Shown: positions 13,916 through 27,856, counted from the stretch's first letter. The stretch: DNA of 64,000 nt from Octopus sinensis (GCF_006345805.1 NC_043000.1:38874001-38938000), one strand, 5' to 3'. Notes: generated by a model from the sequence alone, not told the origin. Program-made: numbers and translations.

Positions 13916-13927
13916 TATATAATATAT

Positions 13928-13985
<58 letters not shown>

Positions 13986-13986
<1 letters not shown>

Positions 13987-14534
13987 CAGCTCACTTTCGA
14001 GTGCTACTGGTGACATGTAACCCAGTACAACCTGTTGCATGGTCGGGTAGTCGGCAACTAAACCGGCAACCCCACCAAGCTTGCTTGGTGAGGAGGGTGT
14101 TTATTGGACACCCTGCGGGATGAAAAACAGAAGCCGTCAAAGGGCGGAGGAACTCTTGGAGTCAACGGCCATCCAATAAATGTCTTAAGGCTGTATCATG
14201 CGCGGGGACATAGAAATAATCGGACTGAATACCGAACGCGCGGTTAAACCATTGGGAGTGAAGGACTCCTAGCCTTTGTTAGGGTATCCTTCTAGGAGAA
14301 GGTAACTCAGGTAACTGGGATAACTCCGACATAAAACCTGCGACTCAGTGGTTACCGATGATGTTGACTTGTTCTTCTTTTCGGATTATGGCTGCTGTTG
14401 TTTAGTGAGTGGGATTGACTCAGTGCACAGCCTTTCCTCACTTTAAAAAAATCTCCTTGCACAGGCATTGCACGATAACAACATTGATTAAGCTTCGTGC
14501 AATGGTCTTACATGATAACGAGGGGGCAGCCACC
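13986..14534 (+). mobile_element. Probable non-autonomous RTE-derived element (5' UTR-like part plus 3' end, no ORF)
   Basis: GC-richer block of about 550 bp between (ATGT)n tracts. Contains ccttctaggagaaggtaactc...aaaacctg, reminiscent of RTE 5' UTRs, and a gcaatggtc... end followed by (atgt)n. Confidence 0.5.
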
Positions 14535-14739
14535 ATGTATGTATGTATGTATGTATATAAGCATGTATGTATGTATGTATGTATGTATGTATCTATCTAT
14601 ATATATATATATATATACACATATATATATATATACACATATATATACACATATATATATATATGTATATGTACATATATATATATACACACACGCCCAT
14701 ACACATACATACACACAAATACACACACACATACGCATG

Positions 14740-14802
<63 letters not shown>

Positions 14803-15044
14803 TGAGAGAGAGTGAGAGATAGAGAGAGAGAGTTTCCTCATCTGAAAATTTTCTTTTTACACATAAACGTGCTTCAACATATACATGTATGTGTATGTGT
14901 GTGTGTTGGGGGGGGGTATATGTGAGCATGTAATATATATGTACACATACACAAATATATATTTATGCGCGTATTCGTTCATGCACACACACAGACATAC
15001 ACATACACACACACAAATATGTATGTATGTATATATGTAAACAT

Positions 15045-15415
15045 ACGTGCAGATTTGTATGTTTTGTATTATGCATGTATTCCCATGCATATACTTGCAT
15101 ATCTAGACACGCTCATGTATATTTAAATGATAAACTTCTGGAAAGTCATAGAAATGTTTACATTTCAGGTCATGGATCGTATCTGCTGTCTTCAAATTAG
15201 CTTTTTTCCTTTCTGATTTTGAGTATCCTAATTTCTCAAGATTGGTATTTAGGCAGCGTGTTATATATCCCAGGACCCCAATAATTACAGGTAATAAACC
15301 TGAATGTTTAATCTGGATAGAGTAACTGCATATTTCTGAATAGTTCATCATAGCTATTCACTTTTTCACTGATCTTCAGTTTTATATCATCCGCTGGACA
15401 GCTAATTTGCAATGT
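15045..15415 (-). mobile_element. 3' end of an RLE-type non-LTR retrotransposon (R4-like)
   Basis: Frameshifted ISCPADDIKLKISEKVNSYDELFRNMQLLYPD / PVIIGVLGYITRCLNTNLEKLG / FQKFII* match the restriction-like endonuclease C-terminus. Flanked by CA/CATA-type repeats. Confidence 0.75.
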
Positions 15416-15505
15416 ATGTAAGCTTGTATGTAGGTATATATGTATGCGTATGGTGTGTGCGTGTGTGTGTGCGTATGGTGTGTGCGTGTGTGTGTGTGTG
15501 TGTAT

Positions 15506-15542
<37 letters not shown>

Positions 15543-16493
15543 ATTCTCAATCAGCCGCATCATCTTAGATGCCTTACTCAATTAACCGAATGATTTTTTT
15601 AGCTAAAGAATATGCATATGTGTGTGTGGTGGGGTGTTATCTTCGAATTTATATAATTTGGTGAATGTATTTTGCTGAATCAATCTTGGCTATAGATGAA
15701 TTGTTTTCATTATTTTCATTTATAATAAAACACCAACGAAACATATTTGGTCGGAACAAGGGTTAATAATTTATATTGTTCAAATATAAAAGAGGGTCAA
15801 ATATTTTATCGAATTGTTTCATAGTATTATAGTAAAACGAATTAACTTATTCACAGTTAGTTGTCTTGTATTTAATCATTATGTATATATTGATCACTAG
15901 TGTAGGCAAAATTCCACAATTTCGCGAGAGTTCCAGACGAGATGATCGACCAAAATACTTAACTAATACTGATTTTATTGACCGTTGAAGAATGAGAAAA
16001 ACTAAGATGTGCTTGGAATAGTTTTACTCTAATCGAAAAGGGACATAACCGCATATGCGCTAGACAAAATTTCTGAAACTTTTCCGTGGAGACTACCGTG
16101 GAATTTTTATATAGACACAGGTGAATTTTTATATGGATTCAGACTTAAGCTGGATGCTGGATGGGAGTGACGAAATTGTAATTCATTAAATAAACTATGT
16201 CCCTAGGCTCTGTGCCACCTGGCAAGCGATTGCGCATCCCTTCTTTTCAGGTACTAAGAAAAGCCTCACAACAACAGAATTCCCATTGCCATTCCCAATG
16301 CAGCATTAATCGTATATGTTTATATATACAATCACTATACAGAACGAACGCTACTGGCCTTTTGGACGCTACTCAACAGGTTTTTAGTTTTTATCTTCTA
16401 TAGCTTTTATCTAATTGTTTCTTAATGTGAAGATACGTGTCTTCACACCAAGAAGCTATTAGCAGTTCTTACATTGATACTGTGTATATTAAA

Positions 16494-16545
<52 letters not shown>

Positions 16546-16689
16546 GATATATATATATATATATGTATAGGCGCAGGAGAGGCTGTGTGGTAAAAACCTT
16601 GCTTCCCAATCACATGGTTCCGGGTTCAGGCGTACTGCGTGGCACCTTGAGCAAGTGTCTTATATTATAGCATCGGGCCGACCAAACAC

Positions 16690-17580
16690 TTTTCACAGAG
16701 AATGCAGAGACCTTACAAACCCTATGCACATCATCACAACAGTTGGTCTATAAGTTCCAAGTACTTTGACATGTTAGAATAAAGGAAAAAATATAAATCT
16801 AAAATTTATTCAATTTGGAGAAAAAGACTATCGCTTATTATGAGTAGGCATAGTACTTATTAACTGGGGGGAAAAGCCTTATTAATCAAGTGAACATATT
16901 AGGGGTCAAAATATATACTAAGAAAGATGGAAGAGGGAAAATCAAAGAAGGAAGATATTCATAGGTTTAGTAGAATGTGATATTTTATAATATGAAGAGA
17001 GGTAATTTAGAAGAGTAAATTATTCAAATTTCATGGATAGTGAGTTGATATTAATGAATTAAAATATAGGATCTGTTGGAAATAAAATTTACTACCTGCG
17101 GTTAAAAGTTAATTAGTTAGGTAAAAATATCTTAGGTTAATTATATATTAATAAATGGAAGTGAGATAATCAAGATGAACCAAATAGTTTCCCTAGGGAC
17201 ATAGGATTAATACTACTTAGTACTGGAGAACATTATAAAAAAGAAGAATTTAATTCTAAGTTTGCAATGAAGTTTTTTAATCATCTATGAGTGTTAAATT
17301 AAAACCAGTATGGTATATTCGTTCCTATTTGATTAAATATATTTTGTAAAGATATCTTAGACTAATTATATATTAAGAAATGGAAGTGAGATAATCAAGT
17401 GAACCGAATAGTTTCTTTAGGGACATAGGATTCATACTATTTAGTATTACTACTATTTGGGATTCATACTATTTAGGATTCCAACTATTTAGATTCATAC
17501 AGTTTAATTTTAGAAAAAAGAAGAATTCAATGTTAAGTTTGCAGTGAAGTTTTTTTAGTCATCTATGAATGTTAAATGTG
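16690..17580 (+). mobile_element. Possible decayed L1/Tx1-like LINE fragment with an internal tandem duplication
   Basis: KSKIYSIWRKRL..GGKALLI-like peptide. 17128-17300 is duplicated at 17353-17578, with extra ggattcatactattt microrepeats in the second copy. Confidence 0.35.
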
Positions 17581-18119
17581 TATTCCGTTGTGTATCTCAA
17601 GTCGGATCTACCTGGTTGCGAAACAAACGTAGCACACAGCCGTCTCTGTGTTATTTTACTGTCTTTTTCAGGTTGAGCCTCGCAATCAAATTCAGAAAAG
17701 TTTCATCACATTTCATAAAGGCAGATAATTAAATATAAGAAATCATGTCATTTAGGTCGGCGCACTACCAGTTTTTTCACCACCTTTTATTTAAAAATTA
17801 TTGAAATTCCAGTTCAATAACGTCTGGTTTATTTTCCAGTGCCTGATTGAACTATACTATAAATGATTGTTTCGGATTTTATATAGTCCCAGCATTTAAG
17901 CTATAACATCTTAAAAATCGATAACCAGCTAAATTTAGGATTAGCAGATATTTATAAATTTCAGACCCTGCGTAATGCTTCAGTTCTAAGCAAACAAGAT
18001 TTTTCTCGATATTCCGGAAATTGTGTTTCAGTGTCTGAAGTTCTTCGGTAGTTAAACGGCGACCCTGAAAAAATGTTCGGCTGCAGAGATTTTTTAAAAA
18101 TCTTTTCGTTTATTTTTTA

Positions 18120-18800
18120 CTTGTTTCAGTTAACATACTGTGGCCATGACGAATTTTAATGGAACGATCGACGCAGCACTTGTTTTCGCTTTTGTTTTAA
18201 GGCTGGTGCTTATTCTGTCGGTCCGTTTTGCCGAACCACTACGTTACGGGAACCTAAACACACCAACACTGGTTTCCTGCGGTGGTGGGGAACAGTTACA
18301 CACACATACACGCACACACACACAAATATATATATATATATATGTTTACTTTCCAACCACGTGGTACCGGGTTCAGTCTGACTTTGTGGAACTTTGGGCA
18401 GCTGTCTTCTACTATAGGTTGGAATCGTCCAAAGCTTTGTGAGTGGATTTGGTAAACGGAAACTGAAACAAGCCCGTCTTATATATGTGTGCGTGTATGT
18501 GTGTGTTTGTGTGTGTGTATGCGCACGTGTGTGTGTGCTCGTTTGTATGTGTGTGCGTTTGTGTGTGTATGTGCGTGTGTTAGTGTGTCTGTCTCTGCCT
18601 GTGCACGTTCCCCGCTACTGTTTGACAATCTATGTTGATGTGTTTATGTCTTCGTAAGTTAGCGATTCTGCAAAGATACTCATAGAATAAATACCAGATT
18701 TTTAAGGAACTAAGTACTATGGTCGATTCATTTTAACAAAGAATTCTTCAAGGAGGTGCCCCAACATGACCGTAGTCTAATTACTGAAACAAGAAAAAGA
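18120..18800. mobile_element. Two SINE family B copies in opposite orientation (3' half on minus, long copy on plus)
   Basis: Both match halves of 63176-63626. Confidence 0.75.
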
Positions 18801-19351
18801 TCAATGATGAAAGGTAAGTAAAGACCTCTTTTATACAGCAGAAGCGGTTTTAGGTTGAAAATAGCAATTTTTGTATCATACTTAATGCAGATATATCGCG
18901 GAAAGGAAAATTATATGGGGTATTCGCTCGGAGATAATTTTTCATATACTTACATATACTCTCACGTTGTTTGAAAGCTCGAAAATATATGAATAAGAGA
19001 AGAAAATCGTCCAGCAATAGTGGTGGTGATGCTAGATGCGCTGTTTCTTTTTATTATAGCCTGTTGACTGTTTCCTACATTAGTAGCAAGAGGGGGAGGG
19101 GGATTGCTTCTACGCATACGGTTTGTAGTACTTGCATGTTATTGATAAAGTTCAATGAGGCAGAAATGCGCACCTGGAATTCTTGTCACCGTTGCCGGAC
19201 GATTTTTGTTTGTTGTTAATATATAAATACACTTCACGTCCATAAGATATTACCTCCTAACGAATACCGCTGTTAATTTTCGTTATCACGATGTATCAGC
19301 ATTAATTATGAAACAAAAATAGATCTCCTAATATAATAATGAGTATTATGG

Positions 19352-19504
<153 letters not shown>

Positions 19505-20219
19505 TTATATATATATACTTGTCCAGAATCACGCCGCACGTGGTGGAGGAGAGAAAATCGTAATTCTATGAAGGTGAAGTAGTGAGAGTAATAGCACTGA
19601 ATGAGAGGGAGTGATAGAAAGTAATAGCCATGAGAGAAAGGAAGGGGTGGAAAAGTCAGCGTTTCAAATCTGTGTGAGTATATATGTGTGTATGTGTGAG
19701 AGTGTACAAGGGAATTATGTGAATGTTTGTATTTGTCCTAATTATGTACTATGTTTTGTACCTTATACGTAAAATACTACGATTAGCCGTCATTATTGAC
19801 GGCACGTGGTCAGCTAGTATATGTTAGAATAACAAGGATGCTGGAGAATTGATGGTGCAGTGAGTAAAGAACTGATATTTATTTACGTTTCTTTACGTTC
19901 GGTTTTCGGAGACCCACGAGGGATGAAGCTTCACATTTCGAACTTCTAACCAGATCCTTATATAGGTGAAAAGAAAACAAACTTTTTAAACTATATAATT
20001 TTCTATAAATTTTAGCTAAAATATTACAAGAACATAATTTCAAAGATCAATCAATTCATATAATAAGGCGAAGAATCGAAATAATAAATATAGACAACGG
20101 AATATTCCAAGTACGACAACTGTTGTATCCATAAATATAGACATAGGCGTAGGCGTGATGGTGTTGTTAAGAAACTCGCTTTACAACCACCACAAAGGGG
20201 TGAATCAATATGGTGAGCT

Positions 20220-20620
20220 TTGGGTATGCAATTTCCTGTCAGAGAGGTTCAATAGCCACTGTAGAATAGAGGGAAGAGAAAGAAAGGGACAAAATATTGA
20301 AGAATCGTTACTAGTGCTTTTACTAATATTTGTATTATTGTGGTGAGTAACTGTTTGCCAGCCATAGAACAGGTCTATTTTTCTGGTGTGGTTGAAAATA
20401 TCTATGTGGCAGTTCAGTCGCCAAGGATGAACATGTGATGCGATAATATAAAATACATCTACATTTAGTATAAATTTAGCTCCTCAGAACCTGAGGTAGT
20501 TTTAGGTCAGTTTTGATAGTCGCCAGAAGAAATGATCACATGTTAAGTATCATTTAAATTTTGATTAAGAATAACAACAGAAGTCTTACTGGTTGGGCAT
20601 GTACAGAGAGTTGTTGATTT
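20220..20620 (-). mobile_element. Decayed L1/Tx1-like RT remnant
   Basis: The minus strand near 20240-20290 encodes a frameshifted CP.S...YSTVAIEPL, resembling GCPLSPLLF.LAIEPL. Confidence 0.35.
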
Positions 20621-20795
20621 GAATTTCGAGCTTCGCTTGACTTTTCTGTTTTTGCAATAAGCAAGTCTTAAAGTCATGTTACATATCAAAATTATGGGGC
20701 ATCTTCACCGTAAAACGTTCATTGTTTGTGATGCGATGTCTGTTGGAATTCCCAACGATATTTCTATTGATTGTCGCTGACGTGATGTGATATTT

Positions 20796-20950
20796 TTGTG
20801 AGGTTAATATTTATTGCAATTCACAGCAGATACAATCTTGATATCCACTGTATGCGATGTTGTGTTTCGGTGAGGTTAATGGTTATCGTAAGTCGCAGCA
20901 GATACAATCTTAATGGTCATTGTTTGCGATGTGATGTTTTTGTGAGGTTA
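20796..20950. repeat. About 72-bp tandem repeat, two-plus units
   Basis: gtgaggtta recurs about every 72 bp and cagcagatacaatctt occurs twice. Confidence 0.85.
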
Positions 20951-21499
20951 TTGTTTCTAAACGGATACCTACAAATCGATCACCGATTCTTATCACAGCC
21001 AAATTCCGCCACTATTCGCTTCTCAACAATTCATATGCTTAATAGTGAATTCTTTTCATAGGCACGTCGAAAATAAGCTCAAGTAAGGGAAGCCCAGTAT
21101 ATTCTATCTCTACAGAAAGGGAAAAATTTAAACCGTTTCCATTAGCCCCAAATTCTAACATTCTGAAGTCGCAACAATATAAGAATCAAAGACGTTTTTA
21201 ACATAACCACGATTTTAATGCAACAATTTAATAATTTAATATAAAAAGAAAAGTTAGATGTAGCAGGAGAGGCTGTGTGATAAGAAGCTTGCTTTCTAAC
21301 CACGTCGTTCCAGGTTCAGTTCCATTGCGTGTCATCTTGGGCAAGTGTCTTCTGCTATAACCTCGGGTAGAATAAAGCCTTGTGCTAGTTGATTTGGTAG
21401 GCGGGAAATTGAAAGAAGTCCGACGAATATATACATGTGTGTAGGTCTATCCCCACCGCTTGAAAACCGGTGTTGTTGTTTACGTCCCCATAACTTAGC

Positions 21500-21740
21500 C
21501 TGTCACCCATTGCTTTTGTATATATCCACCAGCTCAACATATTTGCTTCTCTTGATTTCATTCACCCCCTCATTGCGGTGGTTCTCACGGGAAACGGGGA
21601 GTGCCATCAAAACAACTTGTTTGGATGTTTCTTAGATCACCTGACGCCATTGATGTTGAGACTTTGTCCAGCTCGACTTTCATCTCCAAAGGTTTTGCTC
21701 TGGCAAGAAGGCCCGAAGAAGTGAAACAAATAGTTGAAAA
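21500..21740 (-). mobile_element. Hero-like RLE non-LTR retrotransposon remnant
   Basis: GLLARAKPLEMKVELDK and, after a deletion/frameshift, KQVVLMALPVSRENHRNEGVNEIKRSKYVELV resemble the Hero-type W.M.VDL ... ELTVPWE....A.ERK..KY.ELV pattern. Confidence 0.6.
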
Positions 21741-22084
21741 CAGAGTCTTTACAAATATGTGAATGTTTGTTTATATTCAGTTATAATTTGGAAAAAAATA
21801 ATTTTGCATTATTCTGCTGGGTTATAATTTTGTTGAGTACAAGTTTCTTATCTTTAAACAAGAATATTTCTGACAGTGACTTCGAATTTTCAGATTGAGA
21901 TGCCAATTTAGGTGTTACTGTAAATGATTTTCTTGCTTAAAAATAATAAGGTCTTTACAAATAGCGATTTCTTTATTATCAGACAGCTAGCTGACTTTTA
22001 GAAGAGTAAAACAGATGTTCCGATTGGAATCTTCGGTTATTCTAGAAACCATTTGCTTGCGTATGATAACAATAGAAACATAAG

Positions 22085-22397
22085 AAGCAGAGAACTCAGA
22101 AAGCGCAAACTTTCACCAAGACAACACCAACGACCTCTCAACAATTACCCGGAGTGGATTTTTAAAATGAACCCAACCGCTCTCAAAACTTAAATAAAAG
22201 AACCGGAAAAATAAACCAGAATCCTTGTCCAGTACCGGATCGATCCTAAAATCTAATTAGTTCGCGCCAACCCCGATGCCAAATATCCCTGAAAGTTTCA
22301 TTCGAATCCATCCAGCCGTTCATGAGATAACTTGTCCACGGCCAAACAAACAAACGCGACTGAAAACAATACCTCCACCTTCGCTAAGGCAGAGAAA
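22085..22397 (+). mobile_element. Non-autonomous Helentron-associated (HINE/DINE-like) element, degenerate
   Basis: 5' agaactcagaaagcgcaaac, internal aagtttcattcgaatcc, short (caaa)n, then gaaaacaatacctccacc-ttcgcta-aggcagag as a terminal hairpin remnant. Confidence 0.5.
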
Positions 22398-22647
22398 ACA
22401 AAATATATAATATTTATAGGTATAGGCATAGCTTTGGGGTGGAAAACTTTATTAAAAAATCACGTGGTTTTATGTTCGATCACGCTGCCTGTAAGCTTGG
22501 GAATATGGTTCTTTTCATAGCTGCAGGGTAGCGAAAGACTTGTGAGGTCAATTCGCAAGACAGAAGGAAGAAACCAGCATTAACCCAATGTATGATAGAT
22601 GGTGAGGGGAGCGAGCTTATTAGTGAATGTGTGAGTGCATGTGTGTG

Positions 22648-22715
<68 letters not shown>

Positions 22716-22857
22716 TGTTCATACATCTATAACTCTACCACATGTACATATTTAAGCCCATACACTCAGACAGACAATTATCTACATATGCACATGTACA
22801 GATACACACAAACATGTACATACATATGGATAACATTAATTACATAGAGCAATCAAA

Positions 22858-23088
22858 GGCGGTGAGCTGGCAGAAACGTTAGCACGCCGGGCGAAATGCT
22901 TAGCGGTATTTCGTCTGCCGTTAAGTTCTGAGTTCAAATTCCGTCGAGGTCGACTTTGCCTTTCATCCTTTCGCGGTCGATAAATTAAGTATCAGTTACG
23001 CACTGGGGTCGATGTAATCGACTTAATCAGTTTGTCTGTCCTTGTTTGTCCCCTCTGTGTTTAGCCCCTTGTGGGCAATAAAGAAATA
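22858..23088 (+). mobile_element. tRNA-derived SINE family A, full-length reference copy (Meta/MESC-like central domain)
   Basis: A box agctggcagaa, B box gagttcaaattcc, central gtcgactttgcctttcatcctttcgcggtcgataaattaagta. About 18 related copies lie in the window. The domain name is from recollection and is unverified. Confidence 0.9.
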
Positions 23089-23574
23089 AATATTGTATTG
23101 AGCCTTTATCTGAAATAACAAACTTCATTTTCATTTAAGCTTTTATACGACCGGATAATTTTATTAGAAATTGCATAAATTTCTAACGAACTGAAGACTA
23201 AGCTGACAATGAGCGAATTTGACGCCACGACTAAGGATCGAAGATAAGTACATTATCTTAAAATCGTCACAAATTTATTAGCAATCAAACAAAATGTTCT
23301 ATATCTTACGTGTTTATGAAATTTTTCTAACTTTAGGTAGGTCAGCAATCTCATGGGGGGTTGGACGAAGGTGGGGGTAGTCGATTACATCGATCTCCAC
23401 TGTTTAACTAACACTCATTTCATCGTCCCCGAAAGTATGGAAAGCAAACTCAACCTCGGCAGTATTTGAACTCAGAACGTAAACAGCCGAAATAAATGCC
23501 TGATAGTAGTTTGTGCAGAGCTTTAACGATTCTCTCAACTTGCGGCCTTCTCTGTTAGCTTATTTAAAAAAATA

Positions 23575-23799
23575 TTCTTTTGTTTCAGTTGACTACGGCC
23601 ATGCTGGCGCACCACATTTAATCGAACAAAGCGATCCCTGGACTTATTATTTGTAAGCCTAGTACTTATTCTATCGGTCCCTTTTGCTGGACCGCTTATC
23701 ACGGGGGCGTAAACACACCAACATCGGTTGTCAAGTTATGATGGGTGGGGAATAAACACAGACACAAATAACAAACACACACATACATACACACATACA

Positions 23800-23860
<61 letters not shown>

Positions 23861-24050
23861 AATATATATATATATACATAGACAAATACGACGGGCTTCT
23901 TTCAGTTTCCGTCTACCAATCCGTTCACAAGTCATTGGTCGGCCCGAGGCTATAGCAGAAGATACTTGCCCAAGGGATCACGCAGTAGGACTGAATCCGG
24001 AACCATGTGGTTCGGAAACCAGATTCTTACCACACAGCCACTCCTGCGCC
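23575..24050 (-). mobile_element. SINE family B, full length with internal microsatellite
   Basis: Minus strand ggcgcaggagtggctgtgtggtaag ... cttgggcaagtatctt (CORE-like) ... gaaagaagcccgtcg, microsatellite, then the 3' half. Confidence 0.9.
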
Positions 24051-24603
24051 TATATTATAAAAATCACTTTATTATAAAAAATCTCTTTCGACTAAAATTA
24101 TATGCTAACTTAACCCAGATTTCAGCCCACATTATTAATTATAATTTAAGGTTACATCATTAAGCATTAATTTTCATGCGATTATGTATTCGGTGTTGAC
24201 TCAATAACCTTAAACATTCGTAAATAACCGGTATATTTTTTACTTGTTTTCTTGACATTTAACTGGGTCATACCAGTTATAGTACATTTGTAGGGACGCA
24301 TTATGTAGCACCAAGTACGATATACAAACTCCTCCTTCTCGAATCGATAAGCAGATACTTAATCACACAACTAATATGGCGTCATCTACGCAGTCAACTG
24401 ATCTATAACGAGTCGCTGCTGCACCTAAATCTTTTAGTAATGAACTGTTACTTCTAGAACCGGAAACGATCCCTGCCGATGGCTTCCGGCAGTATTTCCG
24501 TTAGAAACTGCTTACTAGTGAAATAACCAGTAAATTAAACATATAATCAGTTAAGTAAATAAATGATTGGTTGCTAAGTCACTGGACTCGGCAATAAACG
24601 TAG

Positions 24604-24789
<186 letters not shown>

Positions 24790-25158
24790 TGATTGTATGT
24801 ATGTGTGTATGTATGGGTGTATGTATGGGTGTATGTACGTGTGTATGATTGCATGTATGTATGTATGCATGTATGTACGTATGCATGTATGTACGTATGT
24901 GTATACGTATGTATGTACGTATGTATGTGTGAATGTACGTATGTATAAATGTATGTATGTACATATGTATGGATGTATGCATGTATGTACGTATGTGTGT
25001 ATGTACGTAAAAGTTATGTATGCCTGTATGTACGTATATATGATTGTATATATGTATGTAATCTACGTAGTATGTATTATGTATATACATAACATATACC
25101 TGATTACGTATGTATGCATAGATATATATATATACATGCATATAAATATATGTATATA

Positions 25159-25201
<43 letters not shown>

Positions 25202-25553
25202 ATATATACATAAGTACGCGCGTGCACGTACATAAATAATTGTAGCGGAACATTTGCATTCAAAGCTCCTCTACAGGATCAGGATATCACACCACATAAT
25301 ACTCCAATACAGCAGACTTCCTTGTAGCTGACATCCAGGATATGCAACCCATGAAATTATGTCATGAGGGTTATAAGAAACATAAAGAGACGGGAAGAAT
25401 AAATGGTGAATATAATTATCCGCGGATTACGGCCGTTTCACGGTCTTCCACATGCAATAGTTATTTCCGTGTATAGTGAATTATTTTACATGACAGAACT
25501 AATAAAGAAGCTACATAAATGCTTCAATTGTATATATACATGCAAACGTTTCT

Positions 25554-25598
<45 letters not shown>

Positions 25599-25958
25599 AT
25601 AAATATATACACACACACATATATAGACATATGTGTGTGTATGTATATATATGTATATATATGTATGTATATATTCTTTCTTTTATTTTTATTTTTTTAT
25701 TTCAGCCATTTGACTGCGGCCATGCTGGTGCACCGCCTTTAGTCGAGCAAATCGACACCAAGACTTATTTTTATAAGCCTAATACTTATTCTATTGGTCT
25801 GTTTTGCCGAACCGCTAAGTTACGGGGACGTAAACACACCACCATCGGGTGTCAAGCGATGCTGGAGGGACAATCACAAACACACATGCATATACGTACA
25901 TATATATATATACATATGTATATATATATGTATTATATATATATACATATATTATATA

Positions 25959-26020
<62 letters not shown>

Positions 26021-26027
<7 letters not shown>

Positions 26028-26500
26028 TATTAAATTTCTAAATGTCTCCAAAGAGACATGAGCGGTGGTGGAGCGATAGAGTGGTTGTATACTGTCAAAC
26101 AAACGTGACAGTCCCGTAATTTACACCACCGCAATTTAGCCTAGAAGCATCGACGCTTCCTGTCGGCTTTGACACAGTATACAACCACTCTATCGCTCCA
26201 CCACCGCTCATGTCTATTTGAGACATTTAGAAATTTTATATTTCTAATTACGGTGACCAGTGATTAGATTTCACTGTAAATATATATATATTTGCGATGA
26301 CGGGTTAAGACCCAGAAACATGCATGTCCTGATGTGTGAATCCTAGCTGATGGGGGTGCTTGCCTCCCCTTCGAAATATAAGGACACGGGAAATGTGTCA
26401 AAGCCAACAGGAAGCGTCGATGCTTCTTAGGGCTAAACAGCAATGGTGTAATTCCCTTACGAGACTGTCACATTATGTTGACAGTATACAACCACTCTCT
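26021..26500. mobile_element. Doubly inverted Penelope-like terminal remnant with two decayed hammerhead-like motifs
   Basis: 26021-26095 is inverted at 26174-26247 and about 26077-26176 is inverted at about 26395-26497. Motifs at 26294-26328 and 26341-26384. (TA)n flanks. Confidence 0.55.
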
Positions 26501-27856
26501 CTATATAATATATAAAGGAAGGGCTTCTTTAGTTTCCGTCTACCAAATCCACTCACAAGGCTTTGGTGGGCTCGAAGCTCTAGTTAAGATATCTACCCAA
26601 GTTGCCACGCAGTGGGACTGAACCCAGAACCATGTGGTTGGTAAGCAAGCTACTTACCACACAGCCACTCCTGCGCCTATATATATTATTTATATTATAT
26701 ATACATACATACATAAATACATACACACTGTATCAGTGTATGGAAGAGCAGCTAAATATAAATGATATATTTTGCATCAGGTCAATTAAGATACAGGATC
26801 TATGTTTAGGAAATTCGCCATTCTTAATGTAAACACAAGGCAGGAAAGAGAGAGGAGAACAAGCAAAATACATAGATTTGAAAATATTAGAAAGTGTTTA
26901 TTTATGGACATAAAACATAAACACGCAAACCAATATAAACGCAAACGCACTTGCCTATTTGATAAACCTTAAATATACATCCACACAATCAAATATGGAT
27001 ACACATTGATGCATATATACAAACATGTTAGGAAAAAAAATAGGATTGTATATACAGGCGAAGTCATAAACATGGGCTCAAATATATACATGTACATATA
27101 TATATATATATATATGCATATATATGAGCATTTATGTATATAAGATAATATTATATATATATATATATACATATATAGGAGTGTGTGTGTGTATAAGGAG
27201 AAAGAGGAAAAGAGTGATAGAAAGATATAGCTATCTCTATGTAGCTGTAGGACTCATAGAACGGAAATGACCGGGAAATATCGATATCTGTTGCTCTCTT
27301 TCACTTCCGGGGCGGTTTCCTTTCCTCTAGCTTTGATGTGCGTTGTGATTTTAACCAATATGTGTTTAAAGGAGTCGCCTTTACGCGAAATACCGAGGCT
27401 TTTTAGCGTTTCATAGCATACATACATTTATAATGGTAAGCTTATCAATCTACTTCAAAGAAAAAAATTATATTATATTATATTATATATATACATACGT
27501 ACATATATAGACCCAAACACACACATATACACAGATATGTTTACATGTATGTATGTATGTACGTACGTAAGTATGTATGTACGTACGTACGTACCTATGT
27601 ATGTATGTATGTATGTATGTATGTATGTATGTAGGTGTGTATGTATGTATGCATGCATGCATGCGTGCATACATGCAAATGTGTATGTATGTTGTAGTAT
27701 AGTAGCAAAGCAGATGAAGTATAAATTGTAGTTTAACTTAGTGAACATTCCCCGAATTTCTTACGTATATTGGGAAATGGCAAGTCCGCCGATTGCTAGA
27801 GGATTTATATAGATGCGGGTGCGTAAATGTGTGCCTCTGTGTGTGTAAATTATATA

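Noticed and set aside
20796-20950. Regularly spaced repeat superficially like a CRISPR array
   Set aside because: The whole unit repeats with no unique spacers, the context is eukaryotic and no cas genes are present.
21640-21700. Apparent minus-strand exon with ag/gt boundaries
   Set aside because: The peptide and its continuation fit a Hero-like retrotransposon endonuclease region.
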